Shown: positions 53,435 to 63,210, counted from the stretch's first letter. The stretch: DNA of 64,000 nucleotides from Candidatus Pelethousia gallinarum (GCA_018711995.1 DVHO01000104.1:18367-82366), one strand, 5' to 3'. The notes: generated from the letters alone by a model not told the origin. Translations and numbers: made by a program.

Positions 53435-55125
53435 TTGCCGCCTCCCCAGGTATGGGTATTTGTAATATCGGTTGCCCGCTTATGCGGGCGCAACGCCCCT
53501 CGGAGGATCGCGGGTCTTTTCGCATAGGTTTTGGGAGCCATGGGCGCCAAAAATGGGACCCCATAGCTTTTTAACCTGGCCATGGCCCCCAGGGCCACCG
53601 TCACCAGGCAAGCCATGCCCAATAGGCCCCCCAACCATGCGGCGATCACCAGCGCCATGCGGATATAGGCGGCGGAAAGCTGGGTGGCATAATCCGGTAT
53701 GCAGAAGTTTCCCAGCCCAGACAGGGCCACGATGATCAGGATCACGGAGCTGGCCAAGTTGGCGCTGACCGCTGCCTGGCCCAGGATAAGGCCGCCGATG
53801 ATCCCGATGGCCTGCCCGATGCTGCCAGGCACCCGCAGCCCCGCCTCCCGGATCAGCTGAAACACCGCCAATAGGAACACCAGCTCCATGCCGATGGGGG
53901 CAAACACCATCTCCCGAGAGGAGATCACGGTGCTGACCACCTCCGTTGATAGCATGCCTTGATGGTACAAGGCTAGGGATAAGAAATACCCAGGCAGCAA
54001 GATGGACAAAATCGCACCCAAATACCGAATGACCCGTACCACGTTTCCTTGCGGCTGCCTAGAATAGACGTCCTCTGGCGTAGACATCAGCGCCCATAGA
54101 GTCGTGGGCATGATGTTGGCATACGGGGAACCTTCCAGCAGCACCGCCACATAGCCCTGCATCAAATAGCTAGCGGTACGGTCTGGCCGCTCGGTGGCAA
54201 GCACCTGGGGGAAAGGGGAAAGCCGGTGGGTCTCGGTAAGCTGTTCCAGCATACCGATGGCCGTAATATCCCTGGTTTGGATCTGGCCTATGCGGCCTTT
54301 GATCTCCTCCACCAGGGATGCATTGGCCGTGCCTTCCAGGTACAGAATGGCGGTTTGCAGCTGGTTGCCGCTGCCTACCGGTCGCATCTCGCATACCAGA
54401 TCCTCCCGGCGGATGATCCGCCGCAACAAGGTAATATTGGTACGCATGTTCTCCGTATAGCCCTCCTGGGGGCCCCGAACCGCCTTTTCGTTTTCCGCTT
54501 GGCCCACGCTTCTATGCTCGTATCCCCGGGTATCCGCCAGGATGGCTTTTCCCTCTCCGTCTATGAGCACCGCGGTCTTTCCATCCAAGATCCCCGCTTT
54601 TATGCGCTGTATGCTCTCTTCTCCGCATAGTTCGTGAAATGCAAACACGTTCTCCATTAAATAATCGGCATAGGGCGGCGTCGTATCCTCCAGGCAACCG
54701 GGACGCATGCCTTGACGCAGGATAAAATCGTTTACTACCGTGCCATCCGCCATGCCGTTAATGAACAACGCTGCGCTGTCCACCTTTTTTCCCAGCCGGA
54801 ACCGGCGTATCACCAGATCCCGGTTGATGTCCCCCCGAAAATCCTGCCGGAATCTGGCCAGCGCCTCCTCCAAGGTGCTTGGCAGGATATCCCCTTGCTC
54901 CGGCCGGCCGTCCGGCCGGTAAACCCTACCGGCCGGGCCCTTGCCATACGCCGTCGGCTGCGGCGCCTTCCCCGGCCCGCCGGGGGCTGGGTCCATCCCA
55001 TCCGTCTCCCGGCGGGATGGGCCCGACCAAAAGCTTGGCGTCCCCGCTTCGGTTTCAAGCAGCTCAAATTCGTTCTGCTCCTGGGCAAAGCCCAATTTAT
55101 ATGCCAAACTGTCCCATACGCCCAT
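53431..55125 (-). CDS. Spore germination protein, GerAA-type
   Basis: I place the start at MGVWDSLAYKL (Met177 of the 740-aa track ORF, TAGGAGG SD). The conserved core is ...FINGMADG...RGPQEGYTEN...LSPFPQVLATERPD...EAGLRVPG.... The first ~75 aa form a Pro/Gly-rich extension. Confidence 0.85.
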   Translation of the reverse strand: MGVWDSLAYKLGFAQEQNEFELLETEAGTPSFWSGPSRRETDGMDPAPGGPGKAPQPTAYGKGPAGRVYRPDGRPEQGDILPSTLEEALARFRQDFRGDINRDLVIRRFRLGKKVDSAALFINGMADGTVVNDFILRQGMRPGCLEDTTPPYADYLMENVFAFHELCGEESIQRIKAGILDGKTAVLIDGEGKAILADTRGYEHRSVGQAENEKAVRGPQEGYTENMRTNITLLRRIIRREDLVCEMRPVGSGNQLQTAILYLEGTANASLVEEIKGRIGQIQTRDITAIGMLEQLTETHRLSPFPQVLATERPDRTASYLMQGYVAVLLEGSPYANIMPTTLWALMSTPEDVYSRQPQGNVVRVIRYLGAILSILLPGYFLSLALYHQGMLSTEVVSTVISSREMVFAPIGMELVFLLAVFQLIREAGLRVPGSIGQAIGIIGGLILGQAAVSANLASSVILIIVALSGLGNFCIPDYATQLSAAYIRMALVIAAWLGGLLGMACLVTVALGAMARLKSYGVPFLAPMAPKTYAKRPAILRGALRPHKRATDITNTHTWGGGN

Positions 55126-55154
55126 GGCGTCCTCGCCTCCTACCCTTTTTTTGG

Positions 55155-55183
55155 TAGTATGGCTCCTGCGCCCATATCTATGC
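55155..55183 (-). promoter_or_regulatory. Forespore sigma-G/F-type promoter candidate for the ger operon
   Basis: Minus strand reads GCATA-17 nt-CATACTA, compared with the sigma-G consensus GHATR-N17/18-CATNNTA. It lies ~30 nt upstream of the gerAA-type ATG. Confidence 0.45.
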
Positions 55184-55363
55184 GTGCTGGCCGACCTATC
55201 CTGATCCAGGGCGATATCGCTGACGATCCCCCCTAGCCAACTGCCGGCAGGGGGGATCGAAAATGGGAAGCTCAACCTATTTAATTTGATGGGGACCGCC
55301 ACTGGAAAACGCTGCGGCTGCCCAACCTGGCCTTTTGCGAAAAGTTTCGAGACGCGTCGCCAT

Positions 55364-55398
55364 AAAAACAGGCAGCGGCACTTGCTGTCCGCTGCCTG
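55364..55398 (-). terminator. Intrinsic terminator after the 55424-56557 gene
   Basis: Minus RNA reads CAGGCAGCGG-acagcaagug-CCGCUGCCUG followed by UUUUUA. Confidence 0.75.
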
Positions 55399-55423
55399 AA
55401 ACAGATCTCCGCAACCGGGGTCC

Positions 55424-56557
55424 CTAGCGGCCGGCCCGATAGGCTTCTGTAACGCAAGCCTGGTGCCGGGGGCATTCCTTGCTGTTTTCATGGACCTTGG
55501 AGCCCTTGAGATGGATGCAGAAATGGCCGTCAAAATTGTTGCTACGGGTGGGATTTGCCATATGGGGCATGCAGTGCATGCTGGCGGCCACGGTTTTCCC
55601 GTTATAGGTGACCCAGATGGGCCGCCGGTCCCAACTCCAGGTACCGCCTGCAACGCGCTTCATAATGGCGGTATCGCTAGCCGTAATGGGTTCCACATCC
55701 GCATGATACCAGCCGCCAAACCGCCTGGCCCGGAAACTAAGCCCGGTGCGTACGTCCGTAACGGTGAACTTAGCGCCTTTATGGAGCCATTCTTCCCCGC
55801 CTTCAAACCAATCCAACAGGATCACGCTGCCTTTAAGCTGTGTAAAGGTGGCGGTCTCCTTTTTCAGGTCGTTGCTGCTATCATAAATGGAGTTGAGGGT
55901 TTCTGCCCCGGCCACGCCGTCCGCGCTCCCCAAGCCCGCCGCCTGCTGATATTCCAATACAGCTTTGCGGGTGGCGCTGGAATAGGTGCCTGTGAGGCCG
56001 TCTTTGCCAAGGAAGCCGCGGCGGTATAGCTCTTGCTGTAGCTTTTCTACTTCCTGGCCCTCCATCCCTTGCTTAAGCATGCTGGCGGAAGCCATAGAGG
56101 CAGTGGTCATGGTAAGGTGCTGGCGATGGACATAGCCTGCTTTTTCGTTGGCGCTGACAAAATACCATTCGCCTACCACCCGTTTTACCCGCACCCCCTG
56201 GCCGGCTGCCAGACGCTCTACCACATACGTATGCTCGTCTGGGCCGCCCCGCAGCGCCGTATCGTCATCCAATACATAGGCGCCCCGGCTGCCGCCGTCT
56301 TGCACGAAAATGTAGTCCTGGCGAATATAGCCCACGGTCTCATCCGGCAGCAATACCCGGTACCACCCCCCTTCCTGGGCCAGCACCTGCACCTGGCTGC
56401 CTAGCGCTAGGGTACGCAAGGCGTTGGATTCCGTGTCTGCCTGCTGACGCAGATTGACCCCCTCCGCCGTAATGGTGGCGGTCTCCGCAGCTGCCACAGC
56501 CGCCGGCACCAGGGTCATAACTGCCAGAAGTAGCGCCCACAATCGCTTGCACAACAT
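55424..56557 (-). CDS. Exported protein: 2x SH3b + PG_binding_1 + C-terminal domain of unknown function
   Basis: 377 aa. Signal peptide ...PAAVAAAE. SH3-like ITAEGVNLRQQAD...WYRVLL and AYVLDDDTALRGGPD...WYFVSA. PG-binding VEKLQQELYRRGFLG..GTYSSATRKAVLEYQ. The C-terminal ~140 aa is shared with 60475-61338. Confidence 0.7.
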   Translation of the reverse strand: MLCKRLWALLLAVMTLVPAAVAAAETATITAEGVNLRQQADTESNALRTLALGSQVQVLAQEGGWYRVLLPDETVGYIRQDYIFVQDGGSRGAYVLDDDTALRGGPDEHTYVVERLAAGQGVRVKRVVGEWYFVSANEKAGYVHRQHLTMTTASMASASMLKQGMEGQEVEKLQQELYRRGFLGKDGLTGTYSSATRKAVLEYQQAAGLGSADGVAGAETLNSIYDSSNDLKKETATFTQLKGSVILLDWFEGGEEWLHKGAKFTVTDVRTGLSFRARRFGGWYHADVEPITASDTAIMKRVAGGTWSWDRRPIWVTYNGKTVAASMHCMPHMANPTRSNNFDGHFCIHLKGSKVHENSKECPRHQACVTEAYRAGR

Positions 56558-56569
56558 TCGGATGCCTCC

Positions 56570-59566
56570 TTAATATGCGCCTACCGGAGGATATGCTTCC
56601 CGAAGGGCATTATAGGTATATTGCAATTCCTCCACCGTCCGCAAAATATTGGACGCCGTGCCATAGGAAATCTGGCTTTGGAGGGTATTGATCTGCTGGA
56701 GCAAGGTATTGCGGTCGGAATCCGGCAGCATCTGCACCTGGCTTAAATATTGGTTCACCTGGGTGATCAGGGTTTGGGCGTTCTGCCTAGCATTGGTCAG
56801 GTTGGAATCCCAACTATTCTGTTGCATCCAGGTAGGGGTATGCAGCGAACAGGTCCCCCCTGTCGTAGCTGCGGCAGCGTTATAGCTATCCGTATCCGCT
56901 TGAACGTAAACGGCATTGGGGATATACTGGCGCAGGATCTGCAATCCTTCGGAATTGCCATAGGCGTCCACCTCGCCAACCACGTCCGCATACATGGAGT
57001 CCTGGAAAATCAGCACCACGCTGGACGTGTTGGATACCCGGGGACAGTAAGCGGAAGCAGGTTGCCCGGTATCCAGACAGATGCCGGACATCACATGCAT
57101 ATCGCAATAGGCCACAGGCGCCGTCCCCTCTGCAAACCAATCGGTAATGGGCACGTGGCCCGCGCTATCCGCATAGCAGGCTTCGGTGGCCAGCAGGCCG
57201 CTGACGGAACAAACCGTACATTTTTCCAATCCAAGCTCGGTGGGGGATTCATCGATGATGGGCCGATCGGTAAGGCCCTCATGGATCTTGGACATAAATT
57301 CCTGCCACAGGGGCGCCGCATAGCTGCCGCCGGTGGCCTTGCCCTTGAGTTTATACTGGCTATAATAATCGTGGCCGATCCAGACGGTGGCGCTATAGTA
57401 AGGGGTGATACCGGAGAAGCACACGCTGGAATAATCGGAGTTGGTACCGGTCTTTCCGGCCACGGTCATGCCGCTGATCTTGGCCTTGGTGCCGGTGCCC
57501 CGCTGCACCGCGTCGGTCAGGATATCCACCAGCATATAGGCGGTGGATTTCTTGAAGACCTGATGCCGCTCCCGCACGCTTTCCGCGTCCAGAATCACCT
57601 TCCCGTTATCGTCCACCACCCGCACAAAGGACAAGGGCTCAATATATTCGCCGCCGTTGCCAATGGCGCCAAAGGCTGCTGCCATTTCCACCGTGGTGAT
57701 ATCTGTGGTACCCAGCGCCAGGCCGCTGCCTGTGGCGCTGATCCGGCTTTGATCCACCCCAAGATTGGCCAAATATTCCGCCCCCTTGGGGATGGTTACA
57801 TACTCCAACAGGGTCCGGGCCGCCGCCACGTTCAGGGACTGGACCACGCCGGTCCGCAAAGGCAGGGGGCCTAAATATTTCTCGCTGCCCACGGCCGGAT
57901 AGCCCTTTTCGCTATCCCAGCCTTCGATGGGGGTGGGGAAGTTCTTCAGGATGGTGGCGGGAGACGCCCCCAGATCCAATGCCGGCCCATATACAGCCAA
58001 GGGCTTGATGGAAGATCCCACTTGCACCGGGCTGGTAGCACGATTAAGGCCTTTTTGGATCACCGGCTCCTCCCGGCCGCCTACGATGGCCCTTAACTCT
58101 CCCGTGTGGTAATCAAAGATCACCGCAGCCACCTGGGGCTGGGGCGTCTCCACGGTATCCCCGTTGTCCAGGGTTTCTACCCGCACCGCTGCCGACGGGT
58201 CTGTAAGCTCGGGATACTCGTCCCAGTTGGTGACCGTATCCTGAAGGGTATGCTGCATCTCGGTATCTACGGTAAGATAAATGTGGTAACCACCTGTGCG
58301 CAGTTCGTTTTCTATGGTCGCCCGGTTGGCTTTGGTGTCCAACATCCCCCGCTGTTCCAGCAGATGGGTCACCACGTCCTTGATGGCATATTCCACAAAG
58401 TAGGGCATATCATACAGCTGGTTATTGGAGGATTCTTCCAGCACCGTAACCGTATCCTGTAGCGCGGCTTCATATTGATCCTTGGTGATAAAGCCCCCTT
58501 CATACATGGCCAATAACACCACATTGGTACGCCGGTCGGTCACATACATCTGGTTGTTGTTATCCAGGGAGTAGCGGTACTGTGCTTCGGTAATGGCGCC
58601 GGAAGCATAGAGCTCTTCCAATTCCTCCCGTTTGGCGTCCGTCAAAGTGCGCTGATAGATATTCAGCCGGGGGTTGGTATTGTAGGGCTTCTGCACCATA
58701 CCGGCCAGCATGGCGCACTCCCGGATGGTAAGCTGGTCCATCTCCTTGCCAAAATAGTCCATGGCCGCAGTCTTGAACCCATAATTGGAGCCTCCCAGGC
58801 TCACGTCGTTCATATAGGCTTCCAAGATCTGGTCCTTGGTGAATTCGTTTTCCAATTCAATGGCCAAATAGGCTTCTTTGATCTTACGCTTGTAGCTCTG
58901 CTCGCTGGAGAGCACCTTGTTTTTAATCAACTGCTGGGTCAGGGTGCTGCCCCCGTGGGTATCGGCATTGCGCAGGGTATTGATCACAGCGGAAAACAGC
59001 CGCTTGTAGTCCACCCCGTCATGCTTGTAAAAACGCACGTCCTCAATGGCGATCAAAGCGTTTTTCAGCATATCCGGGATCTCGTCTATATCCGCCCAGT
59101 CCCGGTATTCCATGCCGGCAAAGGTGGTGATCAGGTTTCCGTCCTTATCGTAAATATAGGAAGTCTTGTCGCTTTTGGTAATCTGCGCAGTATCCAGCTC
59201 TGGGGTGGTATCAATGTAAGCTTTGGCGATCCCCATCACCAGGCCCATGCCGACGCACCCCAATAAAATCACCATGACCCCAAACACCTTAAGGGTGGTA
59301 AACAGTACGGAAAGCAGGAACGACCGGCTGCCCCGGCGCTCCACAAACAGCTCCTGTTCCACATCCTGCTCTGGGTGGCGGCGTCGCCGCAGCTTCATCC
59401 ACCAAGCCTGGAGCCGGTACCAGCTTTCCGTCAGCCAGGCCCTGCAGGTTTCCCAGGGGTCCTTCTTCGGCGCATCCTCCTGCTGGTCATATTGCCCGCC
59501 GTCCATCGGGTCCGGCATGGGCTGCAATCCCGTTTCTTCGGGACCTTGTCCGTCAAAATGTTCCAT
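56570..59566 (-). CDS. PBP1A-family bifunctional penicillin-binding protein (glycosyltransferase + transpeptidase) with long N- and C-terminal extensions
   Basis: 998 aa. GT51 motifs (AIEDVRFYKHDGVDY, GGSTLTQQL, RKIKE) and transpeptidase motifs (GSSIKP, SLN, KTGT). There is a ~85-aa cytoplasmic N-extension and a ~250-aa Cys-containing C-extension. Confidence 0.9.
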   Translation of the reverse strand: MEHFDGQGPEETGLQPMPDPMDGGQYDQQEDAPKKDPWETCRAWLTESWYRLQAWWMKLRRRRHPEQDVEQELFVERRGSRSFLLSVLFTTLKVFGVMVILLGCVGMGLVMGIAKAYIDTTPELDTAQITKSDKTSYIYDKDGNLITTFAGMEYRDWADIDEIPDMLKNALIAIEDVRFYKHDGVDYKRLFSAVINTLRNADTHGGSTLTQQLIKNKVLSSEQSYKRKIKEAYLAIELENEFTKDQILEAYMNDVSLGGSNYGFKTAAMDYFGKEMDQLTIRECAMLAGMVQKPYNTNPRLNIYQRTLTDAKREELEELYASGAITEAQYRYSLDNNNQMYVTDRRTNVVLLAMYEGGFITKDQYEAALQDTVTVLEESSNNQLYDMPYFVEYAIKDVVTHLLEQRGMLDTKANRATIENELRTGGYHIYLTVDTEMQHTLQDTVTNWDEYPELTDPSAAVRVETLDNGDTVETPQPQVAAVIFDYHTGELRAIVGGREEPVIQKGLNRATSPVQVGSSIKPLAVYGPALDLGASPATILKNFPTPIEGWDSEKGYPAVGSEKYLGPLPLRTGVVQSLNVAAARTLLEYVTIPKGAEYLANLGVDQSRISATGSGLALGTTDITTVEMAAAFGAIGNGGEYIEPLSFVRVVDDNGKVILDAESVRERHQVFKKSTAYMLVDILTDAVQRGTGTKAKISGMTVAGKTGTNSDYSSVCFSGITPYYSATVWIGHDYYSQYKLKGKATGGSYAAPLWQEFMSKIHEGLTDRPIIDESPTELGLEKCTVCSVSGLLATEACYADSAGHVPITDWFAEGTAPVAYCDMHVMSGICLDTGQPASAYCPRVSNTSSVVLIFQDSMYADVVGEVDAYGNSEGLQILRQYIPNAVYVQADTDSYNAAAATTGGTCSLHTPTWMQQNSWDSNLTNARQNAQTLITQVNQYLSQVQMLPDSDRNTLLQQINTLQSQISYGTASNILRTVEELQYTYNALREAYPPVGAY

Positions 59567-59728
59567 ATGCGGGTTCCTTTCACAAATTTCCCCAGTACAT
59601 TATAGCACATTCCATGGGCCAGGCTCAATATTCCACCCGCCTGCATAGAATAAGTTAACAACTTGTTGATGTTTGCCCTGGGTGCGCCCTTTCGCGCACC
59701 CCATTCCCCTATTGGATCGGAGGTAAGG

Positions 59729-60421
59729 ATGTCTCATATACCCGGCGATGCCAAGGCTCGCAAGTCCCGCCGGTTCCGCCGCCAGGCAGGAATCATCATC
59801 GGCGGATTCTGTATCCTGGCCATGCTAGGCGCAGGGCTTTTAAGCCGCAACATGCGGCCTGCCCTGCAAGCGCTGGCGGAAGCCAGAATCCGGTCCATCG
59901 CCGCCAGGGCCATGAACGACGCCATCTTAGAATCCATGGGGAATGCGGAAACCTATGCGCAGCTTATTTCCGTGCGGGAAAACGGGGATAAGGTATATCT
60001 GCTCCAGGCAAACACCCGCAATATGAATATCCTGGCGGCGGATTGTGCGGAAGCGGCCCAGGACCGGATCGCCCAAATTGGAGAGCAAGGCATTTCGGTC
60101 CCCCTTGGCACGGTAACAGGGGTCTCCTTCCTCTCCGGCAAGGGGCCTGGGATCCATGTGAGCTTTACCCCGGTGGGCAGCGTACAGAGCGAATTTTCCT
60201 CGGAATTGCGGGCCAGCGGCATCAATCAATCCCTTTACCGGGTGAATTTGAAGCTGACCGCTTCCCTGCGGCTGATCCTGCCGGGGGTCACGGATACCAT
60301 CCAGGTGTCCGCCGAGGCGGCCATCGCGGAGAGCATCATCGTCGGAGACGTGCCGGAGGTCTATACCAACGTGGCCAATGAGGAAGATATGCTCAACTTG
60401 ATCCCCTCGGAAAAGCCCTAG
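59729..60421 (+). CDS. yunB: Sporulation protein YunB
   Basis: I place the start at MSHIPGDAKARKSRRF (GGAGGTAAGG SD). It has a TM anchor, then ...VPLGTVTG...GPGIHVSFTPVGSV...SGINQSLYRV, which matches the YunB pattern. Confidence 0.75.
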   Translation: MSHIPGDAKARKSRRFRRQAGIIIGGFCILAMLGAGLLSRNMRPALQALAEARIRSIAARAMNDAILESMGNAETYAQLISVRENGDKVYLLQANTRNMNILAADCAEAAQDRIAQIGEQGISVPLGTVTGVSFLSGKGPGIHVSFTPVGSVQSEFSSELRASGINQSLYRVNLKLTASLRLILPGVTDTIQVSAEAAIAESIIVGDVPEVYTNVANEEDMLNLIPSEKP

Positions 60422-60474
60422 GGAATCGAACCGGCAGATTGCGCCTACCCGTAGGAATGTGCTATACTGGAACC

Positions 60475-61338
60475 ATGAAACGGGTGATTGAAATTTGTCT
60501 ATGTTTGTTGCTTCTCCTCCCTTGTTCCTCTGCCATTGCCGTGGAGCAAGCGGAGGAAACCGTGCTGCCCACGGCTACCCCCGGGCGTACGCCCGCCCCT
60601 ACCGTTACCCCCGCTTCTCCCCAGGTCACGCCTTTTACCGGGCTGATCGCCATCAGCGCCTCGGAAAACGCCACCAGCGAAGACGTGGTGCGGGTACAGA
60701 TCCGGCTGCGGGACCTGGATTACTTTACCTTTAAGCCCACGGGCATCTATCAGTCCATGACGGCCAATGCGGCCAAAAAATTCCAGCAGAAGCACACCAT
60801 GGACGACGGCACCCCCATGATCGCCGATGGCACCATCGGCGCCCAGTCCATGGAGATCCTGTTCCGCCACGATGTGGCCCGGGCGGATATTGCAGCCAGC
60901 ATTCCCATCGGCAGCGCCCGGGAAGGAGAACCTGTGCCTGCCGGCGAATTGCTGGGTTGGGAGCAGGTAAAATCCCTGTTGGAGTTAAACGCTTCCTATA
61001 CCATTACGGACTATAACACCGGCGAGACCTTTTCTATGGTCTATGTTGGCGGCGAGCACCACGCGGAAATGGAATGCGCCGATTCCTTTAACGCTGGGAT
61101 CTTCCGGGAGGTATTCGGCGGGGAATACAACTATTCCAAGCGGCCTGCCATCATATCCATCAACGGCCGTTCCATTGCCGCCTCCTTATATGGCTGGCCC
61201 CACGGGGAGGATCATTATAGCGGCAATGAAATGGACGGGCATACCTGCCTGTTCTTTGACGGGAGCCTGTCCCATGTGGGCGGCCTGCCGGATGCGGAGC
61301 ACACGGAGATGATCTACCAGGCTGCCGGCCGCTCCTAG
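60475..61338 (+). CDS. Exported protein: PG_binding_1 + the same C-terminal unknown domain as 55424-56557
   Basis: I place the start at MKRVIEICLCLLLLLPCSSAIA (Met13). PG-binding VVRVQIRLRDLDYFTFKPTGIY..MTANAAKKFQ. The C-terminal domain aligns with its paralog (TITDYNTGETF / TVTDVRTGLSF; RPAIISINGRSIAASLYGWPH / RPIWVTYNGKTVAASMHCMPH; DGHTCLFFDGS / DGHFCIHLKGS). Confidence 0.7.
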   Translation: MKRVIEICLCLLLLLPCSSAIAVEQAEETVLPTATPGRTPAPTVTPASPQVTPFTGLIAISASENATSEDVVRVQIRLRDLDYFTFKPTGIYQSMTANAAKKFQQKHTMDDGTPMIADGTIGAQSMEILFRHDVARADIAASIPIGSAREGEPVPAGELLGWEQVKSLLELNASYTITDYNTGETFSMVYVGGEHHAEMECADSFNAGIFREVFGGEYNYSKRPAIISINGRSIAASLYGWPHGEDHYSGNEMDGHTCLFFDGSLSHVGGLPDAEHTEMIYQAAGRS

Positions 61339-61362
61339 AAAAGAGACGATATGAACGCATAT

Positions 61363-61400
61363 ACAGAAAACGTGACGATGGGTCACGTTTTCTGTATTTT
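61363..61400 (+). terminator. Intrinsic terminator
   Basis: ACAGAAAACGTGAC-gatg-GGTCACGTTTTCTGT followed by ATTTT. It lies between convergent genes. Confidence 0.65.
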
Positions 61401-61411
61401 GGGGATGCCCA

Positions 61412-62149
61412 TCACTGGGCTTTTTCCCGCAGCTTTTGTAGGATGCGGCTCTCCAGCCGGGAAACCTGCACCTGGGATACCCCCAGTAGGGCCGCGATCT
61501 CGCTCTGGGTCTTATCGGAAAAATACCGCAACATGATGATCCGCCGTTCCCGGGCGTCCAGGACGCCCAATAGCTCCTTGAGCAGCACCCGGTTCAAGGC
61601 CTGTTCTTCCCCATCGGTCCCGGCGCTTACCCGGTCGATCACCTGGGGGTCCGAATCCTCCCCAAAGGCCGGCTCGTAAATGGAGATATGGGGCCGCACC
61701 GCTTCTAAGGCCATGGCGATATCCTCAGGCGCAGCCCCCATGGCCTCCGCCACCTGGTTGATCCCTGGTTCCTTTCCGGTTTTTGCCAAGAGCTCCGCCT
61801 GCACAGCCGTGGCCTTGGCTGCCAACTCCTTGAGGGAGCGGCTGACCTTGATCATGCCGTCGTCCCGCAAAAAGCGTTTGATCTCCCCGGCGATCATGGG
61901 TACGGCGTAGGTGGAAAACCGCACGTTGTAGCCCGTGTCAAAATTGCGGATGGCTTTGACCAGACCCAAGCAGCCGATCTGATAGAGATCCTCATATTCG
62001 GCGCCCCGACCGGCGAATTTGCGCACGATGGAGCGCACCAGGGGCGCGTTGCATACCACCAGCCGCTCCTGGGCCTCCTCATCCCCCGCCTGCGCCCGGA
62101 CGATGAGATCCAGCGTCTCCGCGTGGGGGAGGGCGCTGCTTTCACCCAT
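61412..62149 (-). CDS. sigF: Sporulation sigma factor SigF
   Basis: 245 aa sigma-70 family protein (regions 2-4: YEDLYQIGCLGLVKAIRNFD, FSTYAVPMIAGEI, TQSEIAALLGVSQVQVSRLE), immediately after spoIIAA-spoIIAB. Confidence 0.9.
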   Translation of the reverse strand: MGESSALPHAETLDLIVRAQAGDEEAQERLVVCNAPLVRSIVRKFAGRGAEYEDLYQIGCLGLVKAIRNFDTGYNVRFSTYAVPMIAGEIKRFLRDDGMIKVSRSLKELAAKATAVQAELLAKTGKEPGINQVAEAMGAAPEDIAMALEAVRPHISIYEPAFGEDSDPQVIDRVSAGTDGEEQALNRVLLKELLGVLDARERRIIMLRYFSDKTQSEIAALLGVSQVQVSRLESRILQKLREKAQ

Positions 62150-62582
62150 CGCATTCCACCTGCCGCAATTCCTTTTCCAAACGGATCCGGGTGCCTTTCC
62201 CCAATGCGGATTCCACCTTTACCCGGTCCATAAACGCTTCCATTACGGAAAACCCCATGCCGCTGCGTTCCATATCTGGCTGGGTGGTGAAAAAAGGTTG
62301 CCTGGCCATTTCCACGTCCTCGATCCCCTTGCCCTGGTCCTCAATGATAAACACCAGCCGCTCCCCTTCTATTTCCCCTTTCAGGGTCACGGTCTCATCC
62401 CGCCGGTTTTCATAGCCGTGGATAATGGCGTTGGTCACCGCTTCGCTTACCGCTGTACGGATATCCGTAAGCTCTTCGATGGTAGGATTCAGCTGGGTAG
62501 CAAAAGCCGCCGCCACCGTCCGCGCCAAGGCTTCATTTTGTGAAATGCTGGCAAAACGCAGTTCCATTCGATTCTCAAGCAT
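62142..62582 (-). CDS. spoIIAB: Anti-sigma-F factor SpoIIAB (serine kinase)
   Basis: I place the start at MLENRMELRF.... HATPase_c motifs EAVTNAIIHGY, EDQGKGIEDV and GMGFSVM. It overlaps both neighbours. Confidence 0.9.
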   Translation of the reverse strand: MLENRMELRFASISQNEALARTVAAAFATQLNPTIEELTDIRTAVSEAVTNAIIHGYENRRDETVTLKGEIEGERLVFIIEDQGKGIEDVEMARQPFFTTQPDMERSGMGFSVMEAFMDRVKVESALGKGTRIRLEKELRQVECDG

Positions 62583-62916
62583 GTTTCGTCCCCCTTTTTC
62601 CATCCCGTTGCCCCTCCTGCTGGCCGATCAACGGCAGGATCCCTGCCATTTTTAAAATGCGCGCCGCATAGCTACTCATGGCGCTGACCCGCAGCGTGCC
62701 GCCTCGCTCCCGCATGATGCGATACCGTCCCAGGATCACCCCAATGCCGGAACTATCCATAAACGTAATGCCGCTTAGATCCAGGCTCAGCGCCCGGATA
62801 TCCAGGGTAAGCGCTCCATCCAGGATCTCCCGCACCTGGGCTGCGCTGTGATGGTCCAGTTCCCCGGATAGGGACGCCGTCAGCTGGCTGCCCGTTCGTT
62901 TTGTGGTTATCTGCAT
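62575..62916 (-). CDS. spoIIAA: Anti-sigma-F factor antagonist SpoIIAA (STAS domain)
   Basis: I place the start at MQITTKRTGSQLTASLSGELDHHSA (GGAGGA SD). The phosphorylatable-Ser motif FMDSSGIGV is present. Confidence 0.9.
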   Translation of the reverse strand: MQITTKRTGSQLTASLSGELDHHSAAQVREILDGALTLDIRALSLDLSGITFMDSSGIGVILGRYRIMRERGGTLRVSAMSSYAARILKMAGILPLIGQQEGQRDGKRGTKHA

Positions 62917-63005
62917 AGCTTGTCCTCCAAAGAGAAATGTGCCGTCCATGGGCTAACCTTCCAAGCATCCTTGCCTGGACTGCCTTACATTTTGGGCCGT
63001 ATATA

Positions 63006-63081
63006 TCTATTCAACGCAGAAATTTCGCATCCTTCCAAGGATTCCCATTTCTTTTGCCAAATATACGGCCCTTTTGTCGAA
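63006..63081 (-). promoter_or_regulatory. Sigma-H-type promoter candidate plus Spo0A box upstream of spoIIAA
   Basis: Minus strand reads gaAGGAtgc-11 nt-gttGAATAg, compared with the sigma-H consensus RNAGGAWWW-N11/12-RNNGAATWW. A perfect 0A box, TGTCGAA, is at 63075-63081 (plus strand). In B. subtilis, spoIIA is sigma-H and Spo0A dependent. Confidence 0.45.
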
Positions 63082-63096
63082 GGGAACTTTTTCCCA

Positions 63097-63139
63097 ATAA
63101 AAAAGCGGCATACGCCGTATTCCTTCGGGCGTATCCGCC
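63097..63139 (-). terminator. Intrinsic terminator after rpoD
   Basis: Minus RNA reads GCGGAUACGCC-cgaaggaauac-GGCGUAU(G)CCGC followed by UUUUUUAUU. Confidence 0.65.
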
Positions 63140-63210
63140 AAGCCATCCTTTGCTATATAAGCAACGGCGCCGGCATAGAGCCAGCGCCGTTTCCCAACGG
63201 GTGATGGATC

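Noticed and set aside
55126-55653. A 176-codon N-terminal extension of the GerAA-type ORF, giving the 740-aa track ORF
   Set aside because: The extension overlaps the 3' end and terminator of the upstream SH3/PG-binding gene and is compositionally non-protein-like. A strong TAGGAGG SD and a sigma-G-like promoter precede the internal Met at 55125.
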